A DNA stretch of 64,000 nucleotides from an uncultured Chloroflexia bacterium. GTDB lineage: Bacteria > Chloroflexota > Limnocylindria > Limnocylindrales > CSP1-4. The DNA lies in assembly GCA_963712745.1 (NCBI GenBank), contig CAVQJC010000020.1, forward strand, positions 320,001 through 384,000, given 5' to 3'. Under the pieces are notes generated by a model. The model worked only from the letters and a program-made list of their open reading frames with translations. It searched no databases and was not told the origin of the DNA. Position 1 is the stretch's first letter. Each line of letters starts with the position of its first letter. This document shows positions 1 through 9,025 of the stretch, in pieces. Made by a program: the position numbers and the translations under genes.

Positions 1-2
1 GG

Positions 3-1310
3 TTCGCGGCCATCGTGGCCGACCTGGAAGCGAAGGGCCAGGGCGAGGCCACGGTGACCTACCGCATCCGTGACTGGCTTGTCAGCCGTCAGCGTCCCTG
101 GGGCACACCTATCCCGGTGGTCTACTGCTCGGCCGACTGCGGCATCGTGCCCCTGCCCGAGGAAGCGCTGCCGGTGGTCCTGCCCGACGACTTCGTCTAC
201 CCCGAGGGCGGCGGAAACGCACTGGAGACGAACGAGGCCTTCCTCAGGACCACCTGTCCGACCTGCGGCGCCGAGGCACGCCGCGAGACCGACACCATGG
301 ACACCTTCGTGGACAGCAGCTGGTACTACTGGCGCTACCTGTCTCCGAAGGCAGACGACGTCCCCATCGACAAGGCACTCAACGAACGCTGGACCCCGGT
401 CGATCAGTACACGGGCGGCGCGGAGCACGCGGTCATGCACCTGCTCTACAGTCGGTTCTTCGCCAAGGCCCTCAACGACATCGGCGTCATCCACGAGCGC
501 GAGCCCTTCAAGCGCCTCTTCAACCAGGGCCAGATCCTTGGGGCCGACGGTGAGCGCATGAGCAAGAGCCGGGGCAACGTGCAGGATCCCGATGAGCTGG
601 TCCATCGCTACGGCGCCGACACGGTGCGCCTCTTCCTGATGTTCATGGGCCCGTGGGACCAGGGCGGCCCCTGGAACCCCCAGGGCATCGAGGGCGTCAA
701 CCGTTTCCTGCGACGCGTGTGGACGGTCGCGCTCGACCCCACCGGTCGGGAGCATGGCGACCCCGATGCGGGCAGGCTGCCGCGGGGCCAGGACCTGGCC
801 GCGGCCCAGAAGGCACTGCGCGTGGGTGCCCACCGAACGCTGCAGGGCGTGACCGACGACCACGAAGGCTTCCGCTGGAACACCATCGTGGCCAAGCTCA
901 TGGAGCTGACCAACCTGCTCATGAAGTACCGCGGGACGCCTGCGGCCGAGACCGATAGCTACGACGAGGCCGTGGACCTGCTGCTGCTGATGCTCGCGCC
1001 GGAGGCTCCGCACATCGCAGAGGAGTTGTGGTCCCGGCGCCTGGCCGCTGCCGGCAAGGACTGGCGCTCGATCCACACCGAGTCGTGGCCGGCCTTCGAC
1101 GAATCGCTCGTGGCCGCCGAGATGATCGAGCTACCGGTCCAGGTCAACGGCAAGCTGCGCGACAAGGTCCAGGTCGTACCGGGCCTGCCGCAGGAGGAGA
1201 TCGAGGCCATCGTCATGGCCCAGCCCAAGATCATCGCCAACCTGGCGGGCAAACAGGTCGTGAAGGTCATCCACGTCGGGGGACGCTTGGTCAACATCGT
1301 CGTCCGATGA
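3..1310 (+). CDS. leuS: Leucine--tRNA ligase, C-terminal part (5' truncated by the window)
   Basis: [53 protein letters not shown]-like RMSKSRGN, C-terminal VQVNGKLR...LVNIVV. The frame is open from position 3. Confidence 0.98.
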   Translation, partial: FAAIVADLEAKGQGEATVTYRIRDWLVSRQRPWGTPIPVVYCSADCGIVPLPEEALPVVLPDDFVYPEGGGNALETNEAFLRTTCPTCGAEARRETDTMDTFVDSSWYYWRYLSPKADDVPIDKALNERWTPVDQYTGGAEHAVMHLLYSRFFAKALNDIGVIHEREPFKRLFNQGQILGADGERMSKSRGNVQDPDELVHRYGADTVRLFLMFMGPWDQGGPWNPQGIEGVNRFLRRVWTVALDPTGREHGDPDAGRLPRGQDLAAAQKALRVGAHRTLQGVTDDHEGFRWNTIVAKLMELTNLLMKYRGTPAAETDSYDEAVDLLLLMLAPEAPHIAEELWSRRLAAAGKDWRSIHTESWPAFDESLVAAEMIELPVQVNGKLRDKVQVVPGLPQEEIEAIVMAQPKIIANLAGKQVVKVIHVGGRLVNIVVR

Positions 1311-2284
1311 ACGAGCAGGTGGCGTGCCCTTCCTGCGGCGCGGCGAACTCGGGGGCAAGTGCCTACTGCGGCGCCTGCGGCGCACCACTCCGACCAGCCA
1401 CGGTGCCGCCAGTGCCGTGCTGGAACTGCCGTGCACCGAACCCGCCCGGCCGCGCCTACTGCGGGCAGTGCGGCCAGCACCTGGCCGGGCCCGCGGTGGC
1501 ACCGGCACCGCCGGCGCAGGGCAGCGGTCGCAACCCTGTCCTGCTGGCCCTCGCCGTCGTGCTGGTGTTCTTCCTCGGCATCGCCTCGGTCTTCCTCATC
1601 CTGACCCTCGTCGAGGACCGCGGCGGGACAGGCGTGGGCGCTCCCAGCGCGACCCCGACAGACGAGCTCATCGTCACGCCCGAACCCTCGCTCCTCCCCG
1701 AGGCGACCCCCACGCCGCCTGCGATCCGCACGCCCAAGCCCAAGCGGACTCCGCAGCCGACCCCCACGCTCGGGCCCCCCGGAAGCTTCGTCTGCTACGA
1801 GTCGATGGCGGTGGACGGCCCCGTTGGCTCGAACTGGGATCTGGTGCGTGTCGACTTCCGCACATACCGTGGATATGACCGAGTCATCTACCAGCTCCAG
1901 CGTCGGGGCGACGAACTCGACGGCATCGCCCCGCGCATCGCGGCCCGCCCGGCCATCCCAGGCGAAGGCGAGTTCGTGGGAGAGCCGCCAAGACACCCGG
2001 ATTCCGAGTCGAGGCTCAACGTCGTGCTCGCCAACGGCGTCCGCGACCGCGCGCGCATCGATGGCTACGAGCCGCGTGGCATGAAGATCGTGAAGGCGCT
2101 CTGGACACAGCGCTACCAGTCACACGTCAACTACATCCCGCCGGAGGACGACCCGGCGATGGCGGACGTCGGCGTGCTCTCGTCGGTCGATGTCATCGGC
2201 GATGCCTGCTTCTACCTCCGCGTGGTGGGCTGGGATGGCGAGGGCGACGACAGCGCCTCGGTCTTTGTCGACATCGAGCCATAG
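1307..2284 (+). CDS. Double zinc-ribbon membrane protein with Pro-rich linker and extracellular beta domain (AMIN-like)
   Basis: ATG overlaps the leuS stop (ATGA). CxxC pairs CPSC..CGAC and CWNC..CGQC, hydrophobic helix [23 protein letters not shown]-rich linker, C-terminal domain ending VFVDIEP. Confidence 0.8.
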   Translation: MNEQVACPSCGAANSGASAYCGACGAPLRPATVPPVPCWNCRAPNPPGRAYCGQCGQHLAGPAVAPAPPAQGSGRNPVLLALAVVLVFFLGIASVFLILTLVEDRGGTGVGAPSATPTDELIVTPEPSLLPEATPTPPAIRTPKPKRTPQPTPTLGPPGSFVCYESMAVDGPVGSNWDLVRVDFRTYRGYDRVIYQLQRRGDELDGIAPRIAARPAIPGEGEFVGEPPRHPDSESRLNVVLANGVRDRARIDGYEPRGMKIVKALWTQRYQSHVNYIPPEDDPAMADVGVLSSVDVIGDACFYLRVVGWDGEGDDSASVFVDIEP

Positions 2285-2294
2285 CCACCGGGAC

Positions 2295-2308
2295 TGCCCG
2301 AAGGGTCC
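2295..2308. promoter_or_regulatory. Degenerate TGCCC-N4-GGGCA-like operator
   Basis: TGCCC GAAG GGTCC in the intergenic region, upstream of TAGACT (2334-2339) and ATG 2348. Confidence 0.4.
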
Positions 2309-2347
2309 TTGACGTGGGCGGTGACGGCACCGATAGACTGGTCTTCC

Positions 2348-4585
2348 ATGTCAGGCCTGGTCTGCGCCAACTGCGGCACCCCCAACGCGATCGACGACCT
2401 CTTCTGCGGCGAATGCGGTTCGGCCCTGGATGCGTCGATGGCCGCGCCCGAGCCGGGTGCCGAGACGAGCCCTGCGGCCGAGACTCCGGGCGTCCCCGCT
2501 GAGCCGGAAGGCCCTCCCGCCGCTCCGGCTTCGCTCCCTGCCGACGACTCCCCTCCCCCGCGCTCCCCGGGTGTGCCTGAGACTACGCCGACCGGACCGG
2601 CGGTCACATGCGCCAGCTGCGGGACGCTCAACGAAGCCGACCGCACGTTCTGTCAGCGATGTGGCGAGGAGCTGCCCGACGATGCGGCTCCCCGGGCGGT
2701 AGCTGCGGCCTCCACGACAGCGGGTGCCGCTGGGAACGGACGTGCGGCAAGTGGCGGCGGAGGGCCCGGCCCGGTCGCCATCGCGGGTGGGATCATCGCC
2801 ATCGCATTCATCGGCATCGTGGGTGTCTTCCTGTTCCTCACGCTCAGTGGCTCCGATGACGATGCCGCCGCCAGCCCATCGCTCGAGCCCACCGTCGAGG
2901 CCACGCTCCTGGCCAGCCCCGCTGCGACCGACGAGCCCTCGGCCGAGCCGACCGCAGACGTCACGCCCGAACCGACGGAGCCAGCCACTCCGGAGCCAAC
3001 GGTCGAGCCGACGCCGGAGCCGACGCCCGAACCGACCGCGGAGCCCACGCCTGAGCCCACCGTCGAGCCGACACCCGAGCCCACGGCCAGCCCGGTGCCG
3101 ACTTCGAGTGTCGCGCCATCACCGGCAGCGACCACGAAGCCTGCCGCCGCATCGCTTCAGCCCACGCCCGAGCCGACCTCGGAGCCGACGGCCACGCCCG
3201 AGCCCACGCCCGAGCCGACCTCGGAGCCGCACGCCGAGCCGACGCCCGAGGCGACGCCCGAGCCCACGCCAGAGCCGACCCCGGAGCCGACGGCCACGCC
3301 CGAGCCGACCCCGGAGCCGACGGCCACGCCCGAGCCGACGCCAGAGCCGACCCCGGAGCCGACGGCCACGCCCGAGCCGACCCCGGAGCCGACGGCCACG
3401 CCCGAGCCGACGCCGGAGCCCACGCCAGAGCCGACACCGGAGCCCACGCCCGAGCCGACCCCGGAGCCGACGGCCACGCCCGAGCCGACGCCGGAGCCCA
3501 CGCCCGAGCCGACACCGGAGCCCACGCCCGAGCCCACGCCCGAGCCGACCCCGGAGCCGACGGCCACGCCCGAGCCGACCCCGGAGCCGACGGCCACGCC
3601 CGAGCCCACGTCGCTCACCCGCAAGGCAGCAGAGGACGAACTGCTGGAGCGAGCCGACCCGATCAAGTGTGATCGTTGGCGTTCATCGTCGGACCAGCCC
3701 CTGGAGGCGGGGGCGAAGGGGGCGATCCGGTGTGTCAAGCCCGCGGCTCGCGTGGCGCAGCTGGCTATCTATACGTTCCCCGATGCAGCCGATCTGGCCG
3801 CCTACTGGCCGGTACGACTGAGCCGCATCAGCCCCGAGCCGCCCGAGACGGACACGGCCTGCGAGAACGGCGTAGCCGGTTCTCGTCCCTGGGAAGAGGG
3901 CCTGATCGTCTGCTATGTGCAGGACGGCGTGGCCAAGATCCGGTGGACTGACGATCGGCGGGGGATGTACGGCGTGATCGACGCCACCAGTGACGACCTC
4001 CGGCGACTGTACGGCTGGTGGCGCCGGAACGGACGCGACCTGGGCAAGCCGCTCGACTCCACGAGTACCGGCGCCGCGGGGCCGGCGACCGAGCCGACCG
4101 CACCGGCCGCCCAGTCGAGCCGGTTCACCTGCGAGGACAGCACCCTCGTGATCGACCCGCTCGACCGCAAGTGGAAGATCACTCGACTGAGCTTCCGCCG
4201 CTCGGGCGGTACCGAACGGGTCATCTACCACCTGGAGCAGGAGGGCAAGGCGGCGCCTGCCGACACCTCGGTGGAGGTAAGCCTCTCGCCGATGGGCCAG
4301 CCGAACCTGGTCGGGGGCGACAACGTCGAGCCACCGCTGGCAGGCGACACCGTCGTCTCAGTGCTCTTCGGCCCCGGCATCCGCGATGCCACAGGCCTGG
4401 ACCATTTCGGTCCGCAAGGCGTGGAGATCATCGAGGACCTGTCGATATACCCCATCCAGGGCGGCTACAGCGTCTCGGTCATCGGGGTTACTGGCGACGG
4501 CTGCTATCTGCTGCGCGTGCCGGAGTTCGAGGACCCGCGCGCCAAGGCCACTTCGGCCGAGGTCTACCTGGACGTCGAGCCCTGA
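2348..4585 (+). CDS. Zinc-ribbon membrane protein with long PEPT-repeat stalk and two extracellular domains
   Basis: CANC..CGEC and CASC..CQRC ribbons, TM helix [26 protein letters not shown] repeats, Cys-containing domain ending LYGWW. The C-terminal domain aligns by eye with that of 1307..2284 (RVIY, G[VI]RD, GD[AG]C, ends VYLDVEP). Confidence 0.85.
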   Translation: MSGLVCANCGTPNAIDDLFCGECGSALDASMAAPEPGAETSPAAETPGVPAEPEGPPAAPASLPADDSPPPRSPGVPETTPTGPAVTCASCGTLNEADRTFCQRCGEELPDDAAPRAVAAASTTAGAAGNGRAASGGGGPGPVAIAGGIIAIAFIGIVGVFLFLTLSGSDDDAAASPSLEPTVEATLLASPAATDEPSAEPTADVTPEPTEPATPEPTVEPTPEPTPEPTAEPTPEPTVEPTPEPTASPVPTSSVAPSPAATTKPAAASLQPTPEPTSEPTATPEPTPEPTSEPHAEPTPEATPEPTPEPTPEPTATPEPTPEPTATPEPTPEPTPEPTATPEPTPEPTATPEPTPEPTPEPTPEPTPEPTPEPTATPEPTPEPTPEPTPEPTPEPTPEPTPEPTATPEPTPEPTATPEPTSLTRKAAEDELLERADPIKCDRWRSSSDQPLEAGAKGAIRCVKPAARVAQLAIYTFPDAADLAAYWPVRLSRISPEPPETDTACENGVAGSRPWEEGLIVCYVQDGVAKIRWTDDRRGMYGVIDATSDDLRRLYGWWRRNGRDLGKPLDSTSTGAAGPATEPTAPAAQSSRFTCEDSTLVIDPLDRKWKITRLSFRRSGGTERVIYHLEQEGKAAPADTSVEVSLSPMGQPNLVGGDNVEPPLAGDTVVSVLFGPGIRDATGLDHFGPQGVEIIEDLSIYPIQGGYSVSVIGVTGDGCYLLRVPEFEDPRAKATSAEVYLDVEP
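2935..3610 (+). repeat. Coding tandem repeat, 12/18-bp units (PEPT / PEPTAT)
   Basis: Many copies of cccgagccgacc/ccggagccgacggccacg variants, read as a Pro-Glu-Pro-Thr stalk. Confidence 0.95.
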
Positions 4586-4615
4586 TCGGGCCCGGTTCCT
4601 TCATCGGTCTCGCAG

Positions 4616-6655
4616 TCAGCGCCGGCTGACGATCCCATCCCTTGTCATGCCCGGCGGCACCCCCGGCCCGAGGGTCACCAGGTATGTGCCGGCGACGTCG
4701 TCGAAGGCGGCCGGATCGTCCACGAGCGCGGCCGCGAGCGTTCGCTCGCCCGGCCAGTCGTTGGGCAGGATGAAGACGTAGAGCTCGAAGGAACCGTCCT
4801 CGTCGACCTCGACCATCTTGGGTCGTCCGGCCTCGATACCCCGGTCCCAGGTCAACGTCACGACCGTGCCCGGCCGAAAGTCGTTCCCGGTCACGAGCGT
4901 GGTGTAGCCTGCCGGCCCGTGACCCGGCTCGATGGTGATGCTGGGATCGATGGGGCACGGGACGTTGAAGCGCCCGAGCGAACCGGCCACGACCACGCCA
5001 AGCGTATCGAGTTGCTGCGCTCGAACCGGCACCCGGCGCTCCTCCCGGCCGTTGGCACTCTGGCCGCTTGGCCGGATGACGGTCGAGAACGCACCGTCCC
5101 GGTCAGCCTGGACGCTGAACTGGTCGGTGTCACCGAAGCGAATGAAGACCCGGCCGTTGGGGTAGTAGCCGCTGCCGCCGACGGCGATCTCGTAGGCCTG
5201 CTTCTCACCCGGCGCCTCCGGACCACAGACAGGCGCGACCGTCAGCGGTTGTGCCTCACGGTCGCGGCATGGGACATCGAATGAGGTGGAGGCCTCCAGC
5301 ACGGCCGCCGGCACGGAGACGCCGTCCGTCGACAGGCCGGTCTGGCGCTGGCTGGCCACGATCCGATAGCTGCCGAGTGGCCGCGCCGCCGGCCGGATCC
5401 TGGTGCTGAACTCACCCTTCGCGTCGGCCTTGGCCCGGAAGGTCTCGGCTTCCACGGTCCCCTCGGCGTCGAAGGTGACCGACAGGTTCCCGGGCTCGAA
5501 GCCCGTACCAGAGACATCGAGCGCCAGTCGTCGTGCGCCATCGCCCTTGAGCGCCGGGCGTGCGCAGCGCTGCTTGACTGCGACGTTCGTGGGCTCGCAG
5601 GGGAACTTGAAGCTGACCGAGCGTTGTCGGATCATCGACTCCCCATCGTCGGAGCGGATGCGCAATGAGTAGTTGCCGGGGCCTCGCCGGTAGGGCGAGA
5701 TGGTCAGCACCAGGCGGCCATCATCGTCGGTCCTGGGGTTCCAGAACTCGTGGCTTTGCGGCCCATCCCAGATGACCCACACCCTCTGGTCCTCGTGGAA
5801 GCCGGTGGCAACGACGCGCACGTCCATACGCGCGGGTGGCGAGCCGGATCGGGCGCAATCGGGAAGTACTCGGACGTCCAACTCCGGACAGGGCGTGCGG
5901 AACCAGGTGGAGGCGGTGAACTCACCGTGGAGCCTGACGAAGTACTCGCCGGCAGGGTAGTTGCGGATGTTCACGGTGGTACGCACCTGCCCCTTGCCGT
6001 CGACGGCGACCGTGTCCTGGTGCATGGAGCCTGAGGGCCCCTCGATGCTCAGCTCCACCGACTTGGTGATGAAGCCCTTACCGCTGATCTGCAACTCCAT
6101 CGGCTTCTTGCCGTCCATGGCGGCGTTGCAGCCGGTGTCGGCCGTGGCCGTGGGCCGACAGTAGTTCGCGGCCTCGAAGTCTTCGTGGCCTTGCTTGCCA
6201 CCGCCCTCGGTCTCAGCGGAGAGGCGGTACCAACCTTCGTTCGAGACGACACTGGTGCTGTACGTGGATGGAGCGCCGAAGTCGATGGTCACATTCCGGT
6301 CGAATGTACCCAGCTCATCAACCCGGGCACGGCCGAGGAACAGGCCCACGACCTGGGTGGGCAGCGGAGCCGGCTGCACCCCGGGGCCGGCGCCGACGGG
6401 GCCGATAGCGGCGATAGCCGGTCCGGCCCCTGCCAGGGCTGGCGTGCGGAGCCAGATCTCGACCCGCGTCCCCGGTGTGAAGCCGCTTCCGCGCACACGC
6501 ATCTTGCTCGCGCCGACCGGGGCGATGCACTCCTTGTCGATCCGCACCCGCGGGATGGGCGGGTTCGACTGGGCCTCGACCGGCTCCGGCATGGCCACGT
6601 CGAACGTCGTCACCAGCGCGAGCAGGGCGATGACGACGGCGAGGAGACGCCGCAT
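4616..6655 (-). CDS. Secreted protein with tandem Ig-like beta-sandwich modules
   Basis: Signal peptide MRRLLAVVIALLAL..AEA-like, then about six modules with GxGFxPGxxV...DxxGxF (GSGFTPG, GKGF, ATGF, GTGFEPG, GSGYYPNG, GNDFRPG) separated by FxxPC motifs. Confidence 0.75.
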   Translation of the reverse strand: MRRLLAVVIALLALVTTFDVAMPEPVEAQSNPPIPRVRIDKECIAPVGASKMRVRGSGFTPGTRVEIWLRTPALAGAGPAIAAIGPVGAGPGVQPAPLPTQVVGLFLGRARVDELGTFDRNVTIDFGAPSTYSTSVVSNEGWYRLSAETEGGGKQGHEDFEAANYCRPTATADTGCNAAMDGKKPMELQISGKGFITKSVELSIEGPSGSMHQDTVAVDGKGQVRTTVNIRNYPAGEYFVRLHGEFTASTWFRTPCPELDVRVLPDCARSGSPPARMDVRVVATGFHEDQRVWVIWDGPQSHEFWNPRTDDDGRLVLTISPYRRGPGNYSLRIRSDDGESMIRQRSVSFKFPCEPTNVAVKQRCARPALKGDGARRLALDVSGTGFEPGNLSVTFDAEGTVEAETFRAKADAKGEFSTRIRPAARPLGSYRIVASQRQTGLSTDGVSVPAAVLEASTSFDVPCRDREAQPLTVAPVCGPEAPGEKQAYEIAVGGSGYYPNGRVFIRFGDTDQFSVQADRDGAFSTVIRPSGQSANGREERRVPVRAQQLDTLGVVVAGSLGRFNVPCPIDPSITIEPGHGPAGYTTLVTGNDFRPGTVVTLTWDRGIEAGRPKMVEVDEDGSFELYVFILPNDWPGERTLAAALVDDPAAFDDVAGTYLVTLGPGVPPGMTRDGIVSRR

Positions 6656-6660
6656 GGTCG

Positions 6661-7983
6661 CTACCTCTCGTACCCCGAGTAGAAGACCGCCGCGCCCGAG
6701 CAGCTCTGGCACCAGAGGTCAAGCCGGTCCCCGGGGCCGACCACGATGGGCGTGACGAAGTGGAAGTCCAGGTCCCGGAAGTTCTCGAGCATCAGTGAGA
6801 GCATGGCCTGTCCGTTGCGTCGCAGACGCAGGGCACCGGACTCGATAGCAGGGTTGCTGAACACCAGGTCGGTCACGAAGAGCGTCTTGCCCTCGTCGGC
6901 CACGAGCACCTCGGGGTTGCTGCCGGCACGGATGCGACCCGCCACGGGATCGCCCTCGGGCAACAGCGTGGCCGGCGTGGGCTCGGGCGTCGGTGCCGGC
7001 GTGGGCGTGGGCATCGGCGTGGGTTCGGGCGTCGGCTCCGGCGTGGGTTCGGGCGTCGGCTCCGGCGTGGGTTCGGGCGTCGGCTCCGGCGTGGGCTCCG
7101 GGGTCGGCGAAGGCTCCGGGGTCGGCGAAGCGCCGCCGCCGCTCGGTCCAGCGCTACCGTCGAGCGGGATGCCGGCCTTGGTGAGGACGTCCTCAGCGGC
7201 CGCCTGGGCGGCCTCGTCGGCGCGCTCCTCGGCTTCGCTCAGCACCGCGGGCTGGAGGACCAGGAACCACAGCACCAGCAGGGCGATGAGCAGCGCAGCC
7301 AGCCCGATGGCTCCCTTGATGAGCCAGCCGGGCAGCATCGGCTCCTGCAGGTACGTGCCGCTGACCGGCACGGGAGGCTCACCCGCAGCTTCGACCTGGA
7401 TGGTGAAGCCGCGTGACTTGGGCTGGCCGCGCCAGGAGCGGCGGCGCGGCTTCACGTTCACTTCGGCGAAAGCGGCGGCACCCGGGTCGGCCACGACGGC
7501 CGGAGGCTTGATGTCGAACGACACGTCCTCGTTGGCATCGAACCCGGTGATGTTGGCGTTGAGCGGGATGTTGCCGCGGTTGTCGATGGCCAGGTCGTGC
7601 CTGGCGCCCCGCGAGCCGCGAGAGGTCAGCGGCTGCAACTCGGCCCCCACATCCGTGAAGGGCTCGATAGCCAGCTTGCCCTCTTCCACCGTGGAGCCGG
7701 CAGGGTCCTCCTGTGAGGCCACGCGCACGCCGAAGGGCATCTCCCCCGCAGGCACCAAGGCACTGCGGGGCGGGCGGAAGGTGATGGTGGCCGTGCCCTC
7801 GGCGCCGGGGAAGAGCGACAACGAGGCGGGCTCCGCGGACGACCATGCGGCGGCGTCACCGACGACCGAGACGGCCAGCTCATCGACGACGCTGCCGTTG
7901 TTGCGGACCTTGATCTGGAGGCTGGCTTCCCCGCCCGGGGCGACAGCGACGATCTGCTGGTCGAGGCTAGCGATGGCGCCCAT
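6661..7983 (-). CDS. COG1470-like Ig-fold membrane protein of the kind found in actinobacterial CIS loci
   Basis: VAPGGEASLQIKVRNNGSVVD...SLSLFPG, second module DNRGN, TM helix ALLIALLVLWFLVL, PEPT stalk, C-terminal LENFRDLDFHFVTPI. Confidence 0.75.
   Translation of the reverse strand: MGAIASLDQQIVAVAPGGEASLQIKVRNNGSVVDELAVSVVGDAAAWSSAEPASLSLFPGAEGTATITFRPPRSALVPAGEMPFGVRVASQEDPAGSTVEEGKLAIEPFTDVGAELQPLTSRGSRGARHDLAIDNRGNIPLNANITGFDANEDVSFDIKPPAVVADPGAAAFAEVNVKPRRRSWRGQPKSRGFTIQVEAAGEPPVPVSGTYLQEPMLPGWLIKGAIGLAALLIALLVLWFLVLQPAVLSEAEERADEAAQAAAEDVLTKAGIPLDGSAGPSGGGASPTPEPSPTPEPTPEPTPEPTPEPTPEPTPEPTPEPTPMPTPTPAPTPEPTPATLLPEGDPVAGRIRAGSNPEVLVADEGKTLFVTDLVFSNPAIESGALRLRRNGQAMLSLMLENFRDLDFHFVTPIVVGPGDRLDLWCQSCSGAAVFYSGYER
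6975..7130 (-). repeat. Coding PEPT tandem repeat
   Basis: Repeated ggcgtgggttcgggcgtcggctcc units encode PTPEPTPEP on the minus strand. Confidence 0.85.
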
Positions 7984-8006
7984 GACCGAAAGTCTAACGT
8001 GCCAAG

Positions 8007-8034
8007 TACCCGAAAGGCCATGCTCTTTCGGGCA
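8007..8034. promoter_or_regulatory. Two adjacent TGCCC-N4-GGGCA-like operators in a divergent promoter
   Basis: TACCC GAAA GGCCA (8007-8020) and TGCTC TTTC GGGCA (8021-8034). TAGACT on the minus strand at 7991-7996 lies 7 nt before the ATG at 7983. Confidence 0.55.
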
Positions 8035-8154
8035 ACGCCTGCCTCCCGGGACGACTGCCGGGACAGCCCGACCAGGGCCGATTTCAGTGTTCTTTCAGTC
8101 GGCGTCAAGTAGCCGGTGGGAGGCTGGCCAGCGATACGTAGCGAAGAGGAAGCC

Positions 8155-8829
8155 ATGTCGCTCGCCACTCCCCCATCCTCCCGGGCCGCAGCCCTTGCCG
8201 CGATGCCGGAGATCCTGCCGGTGCTGATCGCCACCGACGATCCTCTCTCGCGCGCAGGCGTCGAGTCGCAGCTACGTGGAGAGCCCACCATCCGTCTTGT
8301 CGAGGCCGAAGCCGGCGAGCCCGGGGCCGTGGCCATCATCGTGGCTGAGGGGGTCGACAGCGATGTGGCCGCGCAGGTGAGGCGGCTGCGTCGCTCGGGC
8401 ATCGAACGCACGGTGCTCGTGGTAACGCGGCTCGATGACGCGGGCATGCTGCTCGCGGTCGAGAACGGCGTTGCCGGGCTGCTGCGCCGCTCGGAGGCCA
8501 CGACCAAGAGCCTGACCAGGACGCTGCACACGGTGGCATCGGGCGAGGGCGCGCTGCCGGCGGATCTGCTCGGTCGCTTCATGGACCAGGTCGGCCGATT
8601 GCAGCGCCGGGTGCTGGCACCCCGGGGCTTGACCTTCAGCGGACTGACCGAGCGCGAGATCGCCGTTCTCAGCCTGCTCGCCGAGGGTCACGACACGGCC
8701 GAGGTCGGCCGCCGCCTCTTCTACTCGGAGCGCACCGTCAAGAACATCGTCCACGACGTCACCAGCCGTTTCGACCTGCGCAACCGCACCCACGCTGTGG
8801 CATTCGCGGTGCGAGAGGGCTACATCTAG
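8155..8829 (+). CDS. LuxR/NarL-family regulator with degenerate receiver domain
   Basis: SD GAGGA before the ATG. C-terminal HTH LTEREIAVLSLLAEG...YSERTVKN...RNRTHAVAFA. The N-terminal receiver-like region lacks a clear phospho-Asp. Confidence 0.9.
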   Translation: MSLATPPSSRAAALAAMPEILPVLIATDDPLSRAGVESQLRGEPTIRLVEAEAGEPGAVAIIVAEGVDSDVAAQVRRLRRSGIERTVLVVTRLDDAGMLLAVENGVAGLLRRSEATTKSLTRTLHTVASGEGALPADLLGRFMDQVGRLQRRVLAPRGLTFSGLTEREIAVLSLLAEGHDTAEVGRRLFYSERTVKNIVHDVTSRFDLRNRTHAVAFAVREGYI

Positions 8830-8854
8830 CGCGTCACGGCCGGCCAAGGCGCCT

Positions 8855-8891
8855 TTGCCCGAAGAGGCAACCGAGGTTGCCTGCACGGGTC
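8855..8891. promoter_or_regulatory. Palindromic operator pair upstream of the giant effector gene
   Basis: TTGCCC GAAG AGGCAA (8855-8870) and TGCCT GCAC GGGTC (8878-8891), 22 bp apart. Confidence 0.6.
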
Positions 8892-9025
8892 CCGGGTTCG
8901 TCCTCGATGACTGACCGGGAGCGACTCTGCGGACGGACTCTCCGGTGTGAGGCTGTAGCGACCGGCGCGCGGCTGTGGCCGCGGCATGTCGTCGCGGCTT
9001 GCGCCCGGTGCCACGAGTCGAGGTG

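Noticed and set aside
2935-3610. PEPT repeat as a non-coding repeat array, and its alternative-frame ORFs (Arg/Ser/Pro-rich and GSGV-rich)
   Set aside because: Third-position variation fits the PEPT frame. The other frames are shadows.
6746-8227. 493 aa plus-strand ORF
   Set aside because: Antisense to the better-supported 6661-7983 membrane protein gene.
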